Assembly (NCBI RefSeq): GCF_963664965.2
Contig: NZ_OY761823.1
Coordinates: 3,717,031 to 3,781,030, forward strand
DNA length: 64,000 nucleotides
From: an uncultured Pseudodesulfovibrio sp.
GTDB lineage: Bacteria > Desulfobacterota > Desulfovibrionia > Desulfovibrionales > Desulfovibrionaceae
Direction: 5' to 3'
The position numbers and the translations under genes were made by a program. Below the pieces are notes generated by a model that did no database searches, was not told the DNA's origin, and saw only the letters and a list, made by a program, of their open reading frames with translations. Shown in pieces: positions 1 through 9,578 of this stretch (position 1 is its first letter; each line of letters opens with the position of its first letter).

Positions 1-343
1 GGGCTTCGCCAATGGGAACGATCTTGTATTCATTGTCGATGGCCGTGGGCACCACCGCGAAATTATTGAGTTGAAGAATGGCCTCAAACGCCTTGTAGGC
101 TTCTTCCAAAGAGAGCTTGGACGGAGAATAGGCTGTCACACGGCCATTGGTCCGGTTGTCGACGATGAAGTTCCTGCCCGTCAATTCACTCATGAACTTG
201 ATGAGAATGTGAATATCTACATTCTTGAAGTCCATGCTGATGGTTCGCGGCGACACAGTTTTTTGCGCCCTCGCGGTCACCGGAGGAACCACGCAGAAGA
301 TGATGAGTGCATAGGTGAGGAACAGGCAAAGTGTCTTTTTCAT
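1..343 (-). CDS. gspD: Type II secretion secretin GspD, N-terminal fragment (gene runs off the window start)
   Basis: Not in the ORF track because it is truncated by the window edge. The reverse complement from ATG at 343 reads MKKTLCLFLTYALIIFCVVPPVTARAQKTVSPRTISMDFKNVDIHILIKFMSELTGRNFIVDNRTNGRVTAYSP... This is a signal peptide followed by a secretin N0-type signature. It lies 2 nt downstream of the gspC-like gene. Confidence 0.75.
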   Translation of the reverse strand, partial: MKKTLCLFLTYALIIFCVVPPVTARAQKTVSPRTISMDFKNVDIHILIKFMSELTGRNFIVDNRTNGRVTAYSPSKLSLEEAYKAFEAILQLNNFAVVPTAIDNEYKIVPIGEA

Positions 344-345
344 AT

Positions 346-1194
346 TTATCCCGTGATGATCAGGACAAGCTGCATGGGTTTGCCGTCCCGGAGAATATCC
401 ACGACCACCCGATCCTGATCGAGCAGCCGCATGAGGGCCAGAGGATTGGCTCCCTTGGCGACAGGGGTTCCGTCGAGTTTCAGCAGGACGTCATCCTTTC
501 GCAGTCCAACTTTACTAAACATACTCCCTTGGCGCAACCGCCGAATCCATAAACCTTTCTGCTTCCCCCGCGTAGCCGGGGCGAGCTGAATATCTCTGGA
601 AAGGGCATCAAGATCCTGAAATTTGGCTTTCAAATCCTTGCGGGCTACGGTCGAACGGGAATTCGCACTTTTGGCCGCGATTTTCTTGTCAGCATTGTCG
701 ATCAGCAGCAACTGCCGATCCTTGCCCCGCCGAAGCACGATGGCCCTGCGTTGGATTTCGTCAATGACGAAACCACTCAGCTTGTCCCCCACCTTCACCA
801 TTTTCTGTTTGTTCCCATCCAGAGTCACCGCCCGGGACAGACCGACAAAATCGGAATACATTGTCCCAAGCAACCGGATGTTCAGCTTGGCTATGGCCAG
901 TTGGTCAATGGATTTCTGTTTCGGTTTGGGTTTCGGCTTGGCCTTGCGCTTGGGACGCGCGGCATTGAACGGGTTCCGGCTCCAGATGGAAGAAAAATAG
1001 GAAAGCGGAGGAATGGAAATCTTGTTTTTGAGGGATACGGAGACTTCGTTGCCGCTTGCCGAAACCGGCAAGACCGGGTCGACCACAAGCACGGCTGCCG
1101 CGCAGGCAAGGAAGTAGGCCACCACAGCGGTGACCAGCAGGTTCAGGACGACCCGTGGAAGGCGTCCGTCAAGATGAGCATCTAATCCTCGCAT
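346..1194 (-). CDS. gspC: GspC-like inner-membrane PDZ-domain protein of the T2SS
   Basis: N-terminal TM helix (VVLNLLVTAVVAYFLACAAAVLVV), a Lys/Pro linker and a C-terminal PDZ-like segment (GLWIRRLRQGSMFSKVGLRKDDVLLKLDGTPV...). It sits immediately upstream of gspD. Confidence 0.6.
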   Translation of the reverse strand: MRGLDAHLDGRLPRVVLNLLVTAVVAYFLACAAAVLVVDPVLPVSASGNEVSVSLKNKISIPPLSYFSSIWSRNPFNAARPKRKAKPKPKPKQKSIDQLAIAKLNIRLLGTMYSDFVGLSRAVTLDGNKQKMVKVGDKLSGFVIDEIQRRAIVLRRGKDRQLLLIDNADKKIAAKSANSRSTVARKDLKAKFQDLDALSRDIQLAPATRGKQKGLWIRRLRQGSMFSKVGLRKDDVLLKLDGTPVAKGANPLALMRLLDQDRVVVDILRDGKPMQLVLIITG

Positions 1195-2153
1195 TTCCCA
1201 GCCGATTGATATTTTTCCAGAGCTTCGCAGTATCCCAATTCACAGGCGCGACGCAAATCATGGCACCCCTTGGCCTTCTGGCCGAGCAGGTAACTCATTT
1301 CCCCACGATTGATGTACGCTTCCGGGAAATTCACCTTACGGGAGATGGCACGCGTATAATCCAGCACGGCTTCCTCGTACTTGAGGGCAGCTTGATATCC
1401 CTGAGCCCGATTATAGAATATTACCGCACTTTCTCCGTTCAGGGAAACGGCTTCATCAAAATCCTTCATGGCGTCTGCCTGACGCCCCAGCTTCATGTAG
1501 CAGAGCGCCCTGTTGCAGTAGGCATTGGCCTTTTGCTCGGTCTCGTCGGACAACCCGATATATGCGGTGTATCCTTTGGCCGCGTCCTTCCACAGCCCGT
1601 TTTTCTGCGCGGAATAGGCTTCCATGAACAGACTCTGGATGTTCATGGGGTCAAGGGCCACAGCCTTCATGAAATAGTTATACGCAATCTCCAACTCATT
1701 CAGGTACAAATACAGGACACCAAGACCGTAAACGGCACGTCCATGGCTCGGGTCGAGTTGCAATGCGCGATCAAAAAAGGTCTCCGCCTTTTCATAGTCT
1801 TCCAGCTTTATCAGGGCAAAGCCCGCATTGACCAAATAGGACGGATTTTCCGGGGCACGAATCGATGCACGTTCAAAGGCTTCAGAGGCCGCATCGGGTT
1901 GACCGGACTTCAACAGCAACACGCCCATGTTGTTCAGATACACGGCGTTATCCGGGTCCTTGTCGAGAAGTTGCCGATACAACTCCAGCCCTTTCCCGTA
2001 ATCTCCTTCATCATACGCGCCCCCGGCCTGTAGGCCGAGTTCTTTCATCCCCGCATCCTCGGCAGGGGAAGGAGTCGTTTTTTTAGCCGCGCACCCCGTA
2101 CACAGTAAAAAAACGGCAAGCAGGAACAGGCTATATCGTTTTCCTCTTTCCAT
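1182..2153 (-). CDS. TPR-repeat lipoprotein
   Basis: Lipobox LLCTGC after a signal peptide. Repeated TPR consensus (A..Y..G..Y...G.Y..A...F..AL.L.P) runs through the protein. It is embedded in the gsp operon. Confidence 0.75.
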   Translation of the reverse strand: MERGKRYSLFLLAVFLLCTGCAAKKTTPSPAEDAGMKELGLQAGGAYDEGDYGKGLELYRQLLDKDPDNAVYLNNMGVLLLKSGQPDAASEAFERASIRAPENPSYLVNAGFALIKLEDYEKAETFFDRALQLDPSHGRAVYGLGVLYLYLNELEIAYNYFMKAVALDPMNIQSLFMEAYSAQKNGLWKDAAKGYTAYIGLSDETEQKANAYCNRALCYMKLGRQADAMKDFDEAVSLNGESAVIFYNRAQGYQAALKYEEAVLDYTRAISRKVNFPEAYINRGEMSYLLGQKAKGCHDLRRACELGYCEALEKYQSAGKCED

Positions 2154-2161
2154 ATATATCC

Positions 2162-2620
2162 TTAATCCATGAAATCGTCGAAACGGGCAGTGCCTTTTCT
2201 GTAATCCACACGCTGGATCACCGGACTGACCAGAAAACTGTACATCGTGGAACCAATTTCCACCCGGACAATCGTCGTGGACGTAATGCCCTGCCGATTG
2301 AACACAAGCCGAGTTTCTTCACTCTCCTTTTCGGAAGGAAAGACCAATTCCTTAAACCGGGCCGAAGGCGGAAACCGCAACGGCTCCTTGCTTCCATCGA
2401 TGGAAAGCGAGTTTTGGTGGAACCGCAGCACCACGTCGGTACGTCCGAGCTGCGCCTGCATTCGGCAACGATCCACCGATCCACGCAGGAATTTCTGCAC
2501 GGCCTCGACGCCAGTTCCGCCAAAATTCATGTCCAGTTGCGGAACCACAAGCCCTGCAACCACGGCCAGCAAAGCCATGACGACAAGGAGTTCAAAAAGC
2601 GTGAACCCCTTTTTCCTCAT
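2162..2620 (-). CDS. Minor pseudopilin (GspH-like), prepilin-type N-terminal methylation motif
   Basis: KKGFTLFELLVVMALLAVVAGLVVPQ prepilin cleavage/methylation motif. The start was moved to the internal ATG (MRKKGFTLFE) so the gene no longer overlaps gspG, which ends at 2625. Confidence 0.65.
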   Translation of the reverse strand: MRKKGFTLFELLVVMALLAVVAGLVVPQLDMNFGGTGVEAVQKFLRGSVDRCRMQAQLGRTDVVLRFHQNSLSIDGSKEPLRFPPSARFKELVFPSEKESEETRLVFNRQGITSTTIVRVEIGSTMYSFLVSPVIQRVDYRKGTARFDDFMD

Positions 2621-2624
2621 CGCG

Positions 2625-3089
2625 TCAGCTGATTTCCCAACTGTTGACATCGGCATCGCCCCCGGTTCCTCCGGCAGCACCGTCGGCACCGTAGGAAATC
2701 AGGTCAAAAGGACCGTGCTTCCCGGGCGACACGTAAACGTAATGCGTTCCCCACGGATCCTTCGGCACCTTCGGCAAATAGCCGGAAGGCGAATAATTCT
2801 TGGGCGTACGTCCCACAGACGGCTTGGTTACCAAGGCCTGCAACCCCTGTTCAGTGGTCGGGTAGAAGCCGTTGTCGATGTAAAATTTCTTCAATGCGGT
2901 GGAAATGCTTTCGATCTGCATCTTCGCCTTGACCACGCGGGCTTTTTGCGGCTCGTCCATAAATTGGGGAACGATAAGTCCGGCGAGCACACCAAGGATC
3001 ACGATGACCACCATCAGCTCAATGAGGGTAAAACCTTCGCGCCCCCGGCGCGTCTTCTTCAGGCTCCGTCCGGTCTGACTGAAAGACAT
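2625..3089 (-). CDS. gspG: Major pseudopilin GspG
   Basis: [29 protein letters not shown]...KAK..I..I..AL..F..DNG.YPT.EQGL.AL...P ... PKDPWG..Y.Y..PG.HG.FDL.SYGADG. This is the canonical GspG signature. Confidence 0.9.
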   Translation of the reverse strand: MSFSQTGRSLKKTRRGREGFTLIELMVVIVILGVLAGLIVPQFMDEPQKARVVKAKMQIESISTALKKFYIDNGFYPTTEQGLQALVTKPSVGRTPKNYSPSGYLPKVPKDPWGTHYVYVSPGKHGPFDLISYGADGAAGGTGGDADVNSWEIS

Positions 3090-3106
3090 TGTTGTAAACT
3101 CCCAAA

Positions 3107-4660
3107 TTATCTTGAAATGACTCGTTTATACATTTTGCCTCCATACTCAAGGAGGACAGACTCCTGACCTATATCGATTACCTTAACCCCGTCAAGCATT
3201 TCCCCCTCCCGCAACAGCTTCGAATTAATCACCACAATGCGTTCGGAAGGGACCTCATTCCAGGCAATGGCCCCAAGCACCAGTTCACCGACCACGTCAT
3301 GCGATTCACCGTCCAAAGGACCTTCAGCAGCAGTTCCCGGCACGGCAACGGCAGGTTGGGGAGAACCGGTTTCCGGCCCCCCAGCCGGAGAAGCTTCGGA
3401 CGGAGGAGAGGCCTCGGCCCCCTCTTCGACCACCACGACAAACTCAGTGTCATCATATTCCCCGCTCACGGTCCGCGAAGCCGGGGCACTGCTCTTTGTA
3501 GCATTGCCTGTGACAACCTTCGTGTCCGGCTCGTATGTCCACTCGCTCCGGGCGGAAGAGGAGACGGCAGACGGGGGCACGGACTCACCAGTCGGCCCAG
3601 CCGCAGTTCGAGTTGCAGCCTTTCCTTCGGAAGCAGTTGACACAACGTCGGATTCAGACGGTTTCTCCGCAGGGGAATCCGGCGTTCCGACTGCCGTTTT
3701 GACCACCGTCGAGACCGGGGTTCTCTGCATGGCGAAATCATTGCCGCGGTTCAAGAGCAGGGATACGCCGATCCCCGCGACTACCAACAGGGCTGCGACT
3801 CCGCCCGCCAGCCAAGCCCAGTTTCTGGACGACGACTTGCGGGTGCGAGCCTGAAACAGGCCGGAGTAAACCGAATCCTGACAGACTTCCTTGACCATCT
3901 CGTCCGAGACGACCTTGCTGCCGGTAAAGGCGAGAGCGTCCAACGTATGGGCGCAGACATGATTGATGAGCCGGGGCAGTCCGCCACTCTCCTTCCAGAT
4001 ACGCTTCACGGCATCCCGGGAAAAAGAAATCAACTCGGGAGTACCGCCCTTTTCCAACTTGAAATCGATGTATTTATTCGTGTCATCCAGAAGCAGCGGC
4101 GACAATTCGCACCGAACGCCGATACGCTGGTTGAGCGCCTCCATGCCTTCGGTGGCCAGCAGATCAAGAATCTCCAACTGCCCGACCAGAAGAATCTGGA
4201 CCAGCGGCCTGTCACCCGCACGGAGGTTGGAGAGAATATGAATGAGACTGAGATGGCGTTTGGTCAACAGGTGACTCTCGTCGAACACAATCACCGGACG
4301 CTTGTCCACTTCCTGCAATTCCCGGAAATGCTTTTCCAGAACACCCACGCAATCATGAATGGAGCTGAGCCCCGCTGTATCCAGACCAAACTGTTCGCAA
4401 CAATGAAAGACCTGCTCCAACGGCGTCTGATAAGGGTTGCCCAACTCCACGAATGCGAACCCTTCGGCAAGAAAGGACTGGATGTAGCGCGAAAGCGAGG
4501 TTTTGCCGATGCCGATCTCCCCAGTAAGCAGGATCAGGCCGCAATCGGATTCCAGCCCGCGCACAACGCGGTGAACTCCCTTCTTGTGACTCAAGGAAGG
4601 GAAGAAGACAAAATTCTTCGAAGAATCCCCAAAGGGGTTGTGCCTACTTTTCGCTACCAC
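3107..4660 (-). CDS. ExeA/GspA-type AAA ATPase fused to a TM segment, a low-complexity linker and a GspB-like C-terminal domain
   Basis: Walker [14 protein letters not shown] and Walker [11 protein letters not shown] helix [23 protein letters not shown]. The linker is rich in P/S/A/T/E. The C-terminus [51 protein letters not shown] resembles the GspB/ExeB C-terminal motif. Confidence 0.7.
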   Translation of the reverse strand: MVAKSRHNPFGDSSKNFVFFPSLSHKKGVHRVVRGLESDCGLILLTGEIGIGKTSLSRYIQSFLAEGFAFVELGNPYQTPLEQVFHCCEQFGLDTAGLSSIHDCVGVLEKHFRELQEVDKRPVIVFDESHLLTKRHLSLIHILSNLRAGDRPLVQILLVGQLEILDLLATEGMEALNQRIGVRCELSPLLLDDTNKYIDFKLEKGGTPELISFSRDAVKRIWKESGGLPRLINHVCAHTLDALAFTGSKVVSDEMVKEVCQDSVYSGLFQARTRKSSSRNWAWLAGGVAALLVVAGIGVSLLLNRGNDFAMQRTPVSTVVKTAVGTPDSPAEKPSESDVVSTASEGKAATRTAAGPTGESVPPSAVSSSARSEWTYEPDTKVVTGNATKSSAPASRTVSGEYDDTEFVVVVEEGAEASPPSEASPAGGPETGSPQPAVAVPGTAAEGPLDGESHDVVGELVLGAIAWNEVPSERIVVINSKLLREGEMLDGVKVIDIGQESVLLEYGGKMYKRVISR

Positions 4661-4673
4661 TGCGTATCCTTAC

Positions 4674-5177
4674 TCAGCCGACCTTTTGAAGCGTCATCTG
4701 CGTGTTCAAGTTCTTTTTGTCGTCCTTCTTGATAGTGATGGTCTTCACGTAGATTTCCTTTTTCTGAACTTCTATCTCGTAAAGGAACCGCACGAATTCA
4801 TCGAGGGTTATCCCCTTGAAGGCCACATGCACGACCTCCACGATCCGGCCTTCGTCGTCAGTCCTGTTTTCAGGACGGACATAGTCGATCCGACGGGCCA
4901 ATTTCAGGCGGGAAGTAATCCGCTCGACATACGGAAAAAGCCGTTCGTTGAGCACCACCGACTTCTTGCCCTTGCCCTGCTTCAAAGACTGGTAATCACG
5001 GGCCAGGGAAAGCGCTTCGAGGTATTCGATCCGCGCCGATTGCGTCTCTTCGCGTATTGCGCGCTGGGCGTTCACCATGGGCATACCGATGCCGAACACG
5101 AGCAACAACACGAAAAACACGCCGATCAGTATCTTGACTGGACGACTGATGGAAATATCCAGAGAAAGGACGCTCAT
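4674..5177 (-). CDS. gspM: GspM-like bitopic inner-membrane T2SS assembly protein
   Basis: 167 aa with a single N-terminal TM helix (ILIGVFFVLLLVFGIG). It sits between the gspL-like and exeA-like genes, and its start is translationally coupled to the gspL stop (5174-5177 overlap). Confidence 0.5.
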   Translation of the reverse strand: MSVLSLDISISRPVKILIGVFFVLLLVFGIGMPMVNAQRAIREETQSARIEYLEALSLARDYQSLKQGKGKKSVVLNERLFPYVERITSRLKLARRIDYVRPENRTDDEGRIVEVVHVAFKGITLDEFVRFLYEIEVQKKEIYVKTITIKKDDKKNLNTQMTLQKVG

Positions 5178-6688
5178 CGCGTCACCTCGATTTCAAAACG
5201 AATCTTGTTGGTCCTCTTCTCCACAATGGCATTCTTGATCTTGACGTCCTCAAAGATTTTCGTCTTTTCAAAAGCCTTGCGGACCCCTTCTACTTCATTC
5301 ATGGAACGCGTTTCGCCCTGAAGGCCAATCCGCTTGCCGTCCAGGCTCAGGCTGAAAAATTCCACATGTATCTTCCTGTCCAACACGGAGCTGATGGCCC
5401 GCAAAGCCTCGATCACGGACACAGACATAGTGCCCCCATCGACTTGCTCACCAGTCAACATCGCCATTCGAGACGACAAGATGCTCCGATACTGCACCGT
5501 GGCCATTCCGTCAGACACACCGGGGAGACTGTCCCGGTAAACCTGGGCCGTGGCCTCTTCCAGATACGCCAACTCCCGCTCCCCGGCGATCATCGACGCA
5601 TACGAATATATTCCCCATGACAGGAACATCAAAATCAGCAGGCAGGTCGCGTACCAAAGCTGTTTCACCTGTACGGAAGCATGCGTGTTGCCGGCAAATT
5701 CTCCCTTTCGCAGGTTGAAGCGGCACCCGGAATCTTCGGCGACCCCATAGGCTGTGGCAAGACCGCTGCCCCGCTGCCCGGTATCCACTTCGCCGCCAAG
5801 CTTGAAATAGGATTCATCCCAAATGTCCAACCGGCTCTCGGCCACGCCCTCAAAGCATTCCTTGAACCCGTATGCCCTGACGATTTCGCCGCTCAGGATG
5901 AAATGGGCTGGCCATTCCGCACTACCGAGCAAACGGTACACCTCACGCATGAGACGATCGACGAAACCTTCCAGATGTTCACGGAAAGAGTCCTGCATTC
6001 CCTGCCCGTTTTCCCCGGCATCCCGCTCGGGAAGAACCATGATCCTGTCCACTTCATCTTCCGGCAGGCCGTGCTTCGCAGCAAAATCCCGGACTAGTCG
6101 GGATTCACCCCAGGGGATAATGCCCAGTTGCCGGACCGTTCCTTCGACTATATGACAAAAAAGCGTACGTTCCCGCCCGATATCCAGCCCGACGCAGGGT
6201 TCCCCGCCGGTAGCCTGAGTCAGGCAGGCACGAGCAAAGGCGGCCACATCCACGTCCAAGGACTCCACCTCCACACCCTGTGTTTCAAAAAGGGAAAGGA
6301 GATCGGCAAGTTGATCCTTCCGCACAACAACGGCGGAGACATAGGAAATACCATCGGACAGACCGCCCCGGAAATGGTCGCTGATGATTTCATTGGACTC
6401 GAAGGGAATATCGTCGTCCATTTCGAACTGCACGGCCTGATCGAGTTGCCGCCGACGCTGGATCGGCATGGCATAGTTTCGCAACATGCAGTGACGCCCG
6501 TCCATGGCAACTACGGCCCGGTCAAGCTCGATATCGTTGTCCGAAGCAAATTGCACAACCATGCGCGGGATATCGTCGTCAGACTGCACCGTAGTCGAAA
6601 GCATCAACGGATCGGCATTCCTGTCCCGGCGATAGAGGAAATGCATTTTGTCGTCAGACAGAGTAATATAGACCAGACCGTTTTTCAT
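5174..6688 (-). CDS. gspL: GspL/PilM-like T2SS assembly protein (actin-like cytoplasmic domain, TM, periplasmic domain)
   Basis: 504 aa. The cytoplasmic part is followed by a TM helix (LWYATCLLILMFLSWGIYSYA) and a roughly 150-aa periplasmic domain. Gene order K-L-M matches gsp operons. Confidence 0.55.
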   Translation of the reverse strand: MKNGLVYITLSDDKMHFLYRRDRNADPLMLSTTVQSDDDIPRMVVQFASDNDIELDRAVVAMDGRHCMLRNYAMPIQRRRQLDQAVQFEMDDDIPFESNEIISDHFRGGLSDGISYVSAVVVRKDQLADLLSLFETQGVEVESLDVDVAAFARACLTQATGGEPCVGLDIGRERTLFCHIVEGTVRQLGIIPWGESRLVRDFAAKHGLPEDEVDRIMVLPERDAGENGQGMQDSFREHLEGFVDRLMREVYRLLGSAEWPAHFILSGEIVRAYGFKECFEGVAESRLDIWDESYFKLGGEVDTGQRGSGLATAYGVAEDSGCRFNLRKGEFAGNTHASVQVKQLWYATCLLILMFLSWGIYSYASMIAGERELAYLEEATAQVYRDSLPGVSDGMATVQYRSILSSRMAMLTGEQVDGGTMSVSVIEALRAISSVLDRKIHVEFFSLSLDGKRIGLQGETRSMNEVEGVRKAFEKTKIFEDVKIKNAIVEKRTNKIRFEIEVTR

Positions 6689-6701
6689 ATCTTACTTCGA
6701 T

Positions 6702-7694
6702 TTAATAGATATTCTGGAACAACACAACAGGTCCTTTGGTCGAACGCTTAACTATTGACGTCGACCGGAGCAGCCCAACCCCGACAGTTGCGTTCACAGT
6801 CACTCGGAAGGCCTCACTCTTGACGCCGAGAGCCTTGCTGGGGAACTTCGACATGTCGATGCCCTGAGCTGCGGCAATGCCCACAAACCACGGGGACGAC
6901 AACTGGTTGGCACCGTTGCTTCTGTAATTTTCAACCGATGCGACGTACGCTTCCCGCTTGTCTCCGTCCGACACGATGGCATAGAGGATTTCCGAACGTG
7001 CCGTATTCATGTTGATCTTGCCATTTCCCCAGATGGTCACGAATTCACGCAACCCCGGAACCGATTCAGTGCCGTTGTAAACTTTGGCAACGCTTTCCCG
7101 CGTCATGCCTTCCCAGCGAACCAGCAACAACTCGTCCGGCGACCGAAAGGATACGCCGCTCAAAGAATACGGGGGATCCTGTTCGGCATACCACCGCTTG
7201 TCTCCTTTCTTGTCCGGGCCACCAGTCCATGCCTTGATGGACTCCAGATACGGCTTGGGATTGCAACGGATGCCCTGTTGCGAGCACACACCGGAAACCA
7301 ACCGGACAAAAACCTCGCCCAACTGCACACTCTCTGGAGAGTTTCCGACAAGGCGGTTTACGTTGATCCTTCCCTCCTCCGGTTCAATGTTCCCGGAAAT
7401 CTCCCCCGACTCTAAAGAACCGGAGACAGACTGTAAGAATTCATCAAAATCATACCACCCGTCGAACTTGTGATCCGCGCCGTCCGAATGTTTTTTCAGG
7501 TCATCCATCAACAGTTCCTGTGCAACGGCAACCCCGGACCGCACAAGACCGCCACCAGCGACGAGGGTCCGCTGATATGCGCTGTTGGCATAGTCGATCC
7601 GGATGAGTCGGGCACTCTCGATGATCAGAAAAGTAGCTGTGGCCAGTACGATCAACACGATGACGAGCACCGCGCCTTCCCTGTCCTTTCTCAT
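6702..7694 (-). CDS. gspK: Minor pseudopilin GspK
   Basis: N-terminus MRKDREGAVLVIVLIVLATATFLIIES is a GspK-type hydrophobic segment without the conserved Glu5-type prepilin motif. Size is about 330 aa and it lies after gspJ. Confidence 0.65.
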   Translation of the reverse strand: MRKDREGAVLVIVLIVLATATFLIIESARLIRIDYANSAYQRTLVAGGGLVRSGVAVAQELLMDDLKKHSDGADHKFDGWYDFDEFLQSVSGSLESGEISGNIEPEEGRINVNRLVGNSPESVQLGEVFVRLVSGVCSQQGIRCNPKPYLESIKAWTGGPDKKGDKRWYAEQDPPYSLSGVSFRSPDELLLVRWEGMTRESVAKVYNGTESVPGLREFVTIWGNGKINMNTARSEILYAIVSDGDKREAYVASVENYRSNGANQLSSPWFVGIAAAQGIDMSKFPSKALGVKSEAFRVTVNATVGVGLLRSTSIVKRSTKGPVVLFQNIY

Positions 7695-8329
7695 TGACCA
7701 GCCCCCCGTCCTGTCGCAGCAAGGGACGATTCCACCACAAAGAAATATTCGTTCTTCTTGACGTGGGTCAGGGTCACAGCCACGGCCTGCGGATAGGACC
7801 CCGCACTACCATCCCATTCGGAAACAAACGTGTTGTCAAACGAATCAAGGTATTCCAGCTCAAGCTCGGACACATTTTCCAACACCGGAACCTCGACGGA
7901 ATCCCATTCCCCGGCAACACCACAATACGGCCTTTCGCTCCTGAAAACAGTCTTGCCGTTTTCGCCATCTTTCAAGGAATAGGCCACACGATTCATGGCC
8001 AGCGAAGCCGAAGTGCCTACCACGGAAAGGGACGCCGATGTGCAAAACTCAAGGAACTCCCCATCGTCGCCGAGAAACGAGCCGCTCCTGCCCACGAAAC
8101 GGAAATCCTCCCCCTGCCCGGAACACATGGAGCGTAGGTCATTGAAAAGAATCGCTTCGAAGGTGGTCTGGCCGTGCGCCACCTCCCCCCGAGTCCGCAC
8201 ATGCGCGGCCACGTCCACCACGCCGCTGAACATGGCGAAAAGTGCCAGCATGACCACGGATGACAAGGTCACGGCCACCAGCATTTCCACCAGAGTGAAA
8301 CCGGCTGTCCTGCATTGGCGGCGACTCAT
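7691..8329 (-). CDS. gspJ: Minor pseudopilin GspJ
   Basis: AGFTLVEMLVAVTLSSVVMLALF prepilin motif. The start was set at the internal ATG (MSRRQCRTAGFTLVEM), which gives the ATGA overlap with the gspI stop at 8326. Confidence 0.65.
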   Translation of the reverse strand: MSRRQCRTAGFTLVEMLVAVTLSSVVMLALFAMFSGVVDVAAHVRTRGEVAHGQTTFEAILFNDLRSMCSGQGEDFRFVGRSGSFLGDDGEFLEFCTSASLSVVGTSASLAMNRVAYSLKDGENGKTVFRSERPYCGVAGEWDSVEVPVLENVSELELEYLDSFDNTFVSEWDGSAGSYPQAVAVTLTHVKKNEYFFVVESSLAATGRGAGQ

Positions 8330-8679
8330 AGTTCTTCCCGGAAGATGCGTTCGACCGAAACCGAGCGTCCGGTGTCCTTGCGGAACACAGTCAGGACCAA
8401 AACATGCCAACCACCATCCCGCAATTGGCGGGTCCCCATCTTCCATGCATAGCCGGGAGCGTCCTCAAAATCTCCGCTGCCGGACATGCCCGAAGACAGA
8501 TCGTCCTCAAGAACTTCGACGAGCTTGATCTGGGCAAGCCGGGACAGGGTTTCGACATGTACGGCCTCGGCCATGGAGTCCTGCGTCTGGGTGGCAAACT
8601 TCATTACCGCCACCGCCCCGATACTCAGCACGGCCAGGGTGACCAGCACCTCCAGAAGAGTAAAACCGTCCCGCTTCAC
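8326..8679 (-). CDS. gspI: Minor pseudopilin GspI
   Basis: MKRDGFTLLEVLVTLAVLSIGAVAVM prepilin motif. The 117-aa size is typical of GspI. Confidence 0.7.
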   Translation of the reverse strand: MKRDGFTLLEVLVTLAVLSIGAVAVMKFATQTQDSMAEAVHVETLSRLAQIKLVEVLEDDLSSGMSGSGDFEDAPGYAWKMGTRQLRDGGWHVLVLTVFRKDTGRSVSVERIFREEL

Positions 8680-9578
8680 TGAGCAGCCTCCTGCCCGTCA
8701 AGAAAGGACTCCACCACAGTGAAAAGCATGTCGGACTTGTCCCAGACCACTGCATGTCCGCATGACGGCAACTCCACTACCTCCCCATGCTTCAACGCCC
8801 CGGCCAGCTTACGGATCTGCTCTTGGGGAACGATGGCATCATGGTCACCGTACACGATAAGCGCAGGGCAGTTCACTCGCTGCAATCCGCGCCGCAACCC
8901 CCTTCCCACCGATTCGAGTTCCCCAGCAAATTTGGGCAGGGCCTCAAAGACCCGCGTAGTCCTGTCCCAATGCGACTTGAGAAAAATCTCCGGCACGGGC
9001 GGTGGAGTCTCAAAAATCCGGTAATAGAATTCCTTGCCGGGATTACTCGTGAGAAATTCCATCTGCGCCACCCGCCTCCAACCGTCGGGACTGAATGGAG
9101 AGACCAATACAAGGGCGTCGACCTTGGCCGGTTCGGCAATGGCCTTCTGCATGGCGGGCCACGCCCCAAAGGAAAGTCCTACCAGGGAAGCATGAGACAC
9201 CCCGCATTCCCGGTAAAGGATATCGAGCAAAAGCTGCTCATGACCGATGCGGTAATCGGAATTCACCAGATCGGGCAGGTTGGCAAAAAACAAGTCCGGC
9301 GCAATGACGTGATAGCGATCGGCAAGTTCGGGCAGCATCCGGAACCACGACGTCTGGGCATTCCCGCCGACTCCGTGCAACAGAATCACGGTCTGACCGT
9401 GCTCCTCGCCCCCTTCGAACCAATGGACGCGAGTGCCGCCGGTTCCCTCATATATGTTTGAATGCACGCCGTGGACAGCCAGCCATCCCCGAAGGGCGGC
9501 ATTAAAAAGAGCCTCCCCTTGCCAGAAGGCTCCTGCAATAACTAATGCCGAAAGGGCTATCGCCGTTATTTTCTTCAT
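8676..9578 (-). CDS. Secreted alpha/beta-fold hydrolase (esterase/lipase-like)
   Basis: Signal peptide MKKITAIALSALVIAGAF. Motifs are an oxyanion-hole HG (ILLHGVGGN), a nucleophile elbow GLSFG, acid GDHDAIVP and His CGHAVVWD. The start was set at the internal ATG at 9578, which overlaps the stop of the upstream gene by 1 nt (TGATG). Confidence 0.8.
   Translation of the reverse strand: MKKITAIALSALVIAGAFWQGEALFNAALRGWLAVHGVHSNIYEGTGGTRVHWFEGGEEHGQTVILLHGVGGNAQTSWFRMLPELADRYHVIAPDLFFANLPDLVNSDYRIGHEQLLLDILYRECGVSHASLVGLSFGAWPAMQKAIAEPAKVDALVLVSPFSPDGWRRVAQMEFLTSNPGKEFYYRIFETPPPVPEIFLKSHWDRTTRVFEALPKFAGELESVGRGLRRGLQRVNCPALIVYGDHDAIVPQEQIRKLAGALKHGEVVELPSCGHAVVWDKSDMLFTVVESFLDGQEAAQ

Noticed and set aside
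1155-2033. 292-aa plus-strand ORF
   Set aside because: It is antisense to the TPR lipoprotein gene, which has a lipobox and clear TPR periodicity.
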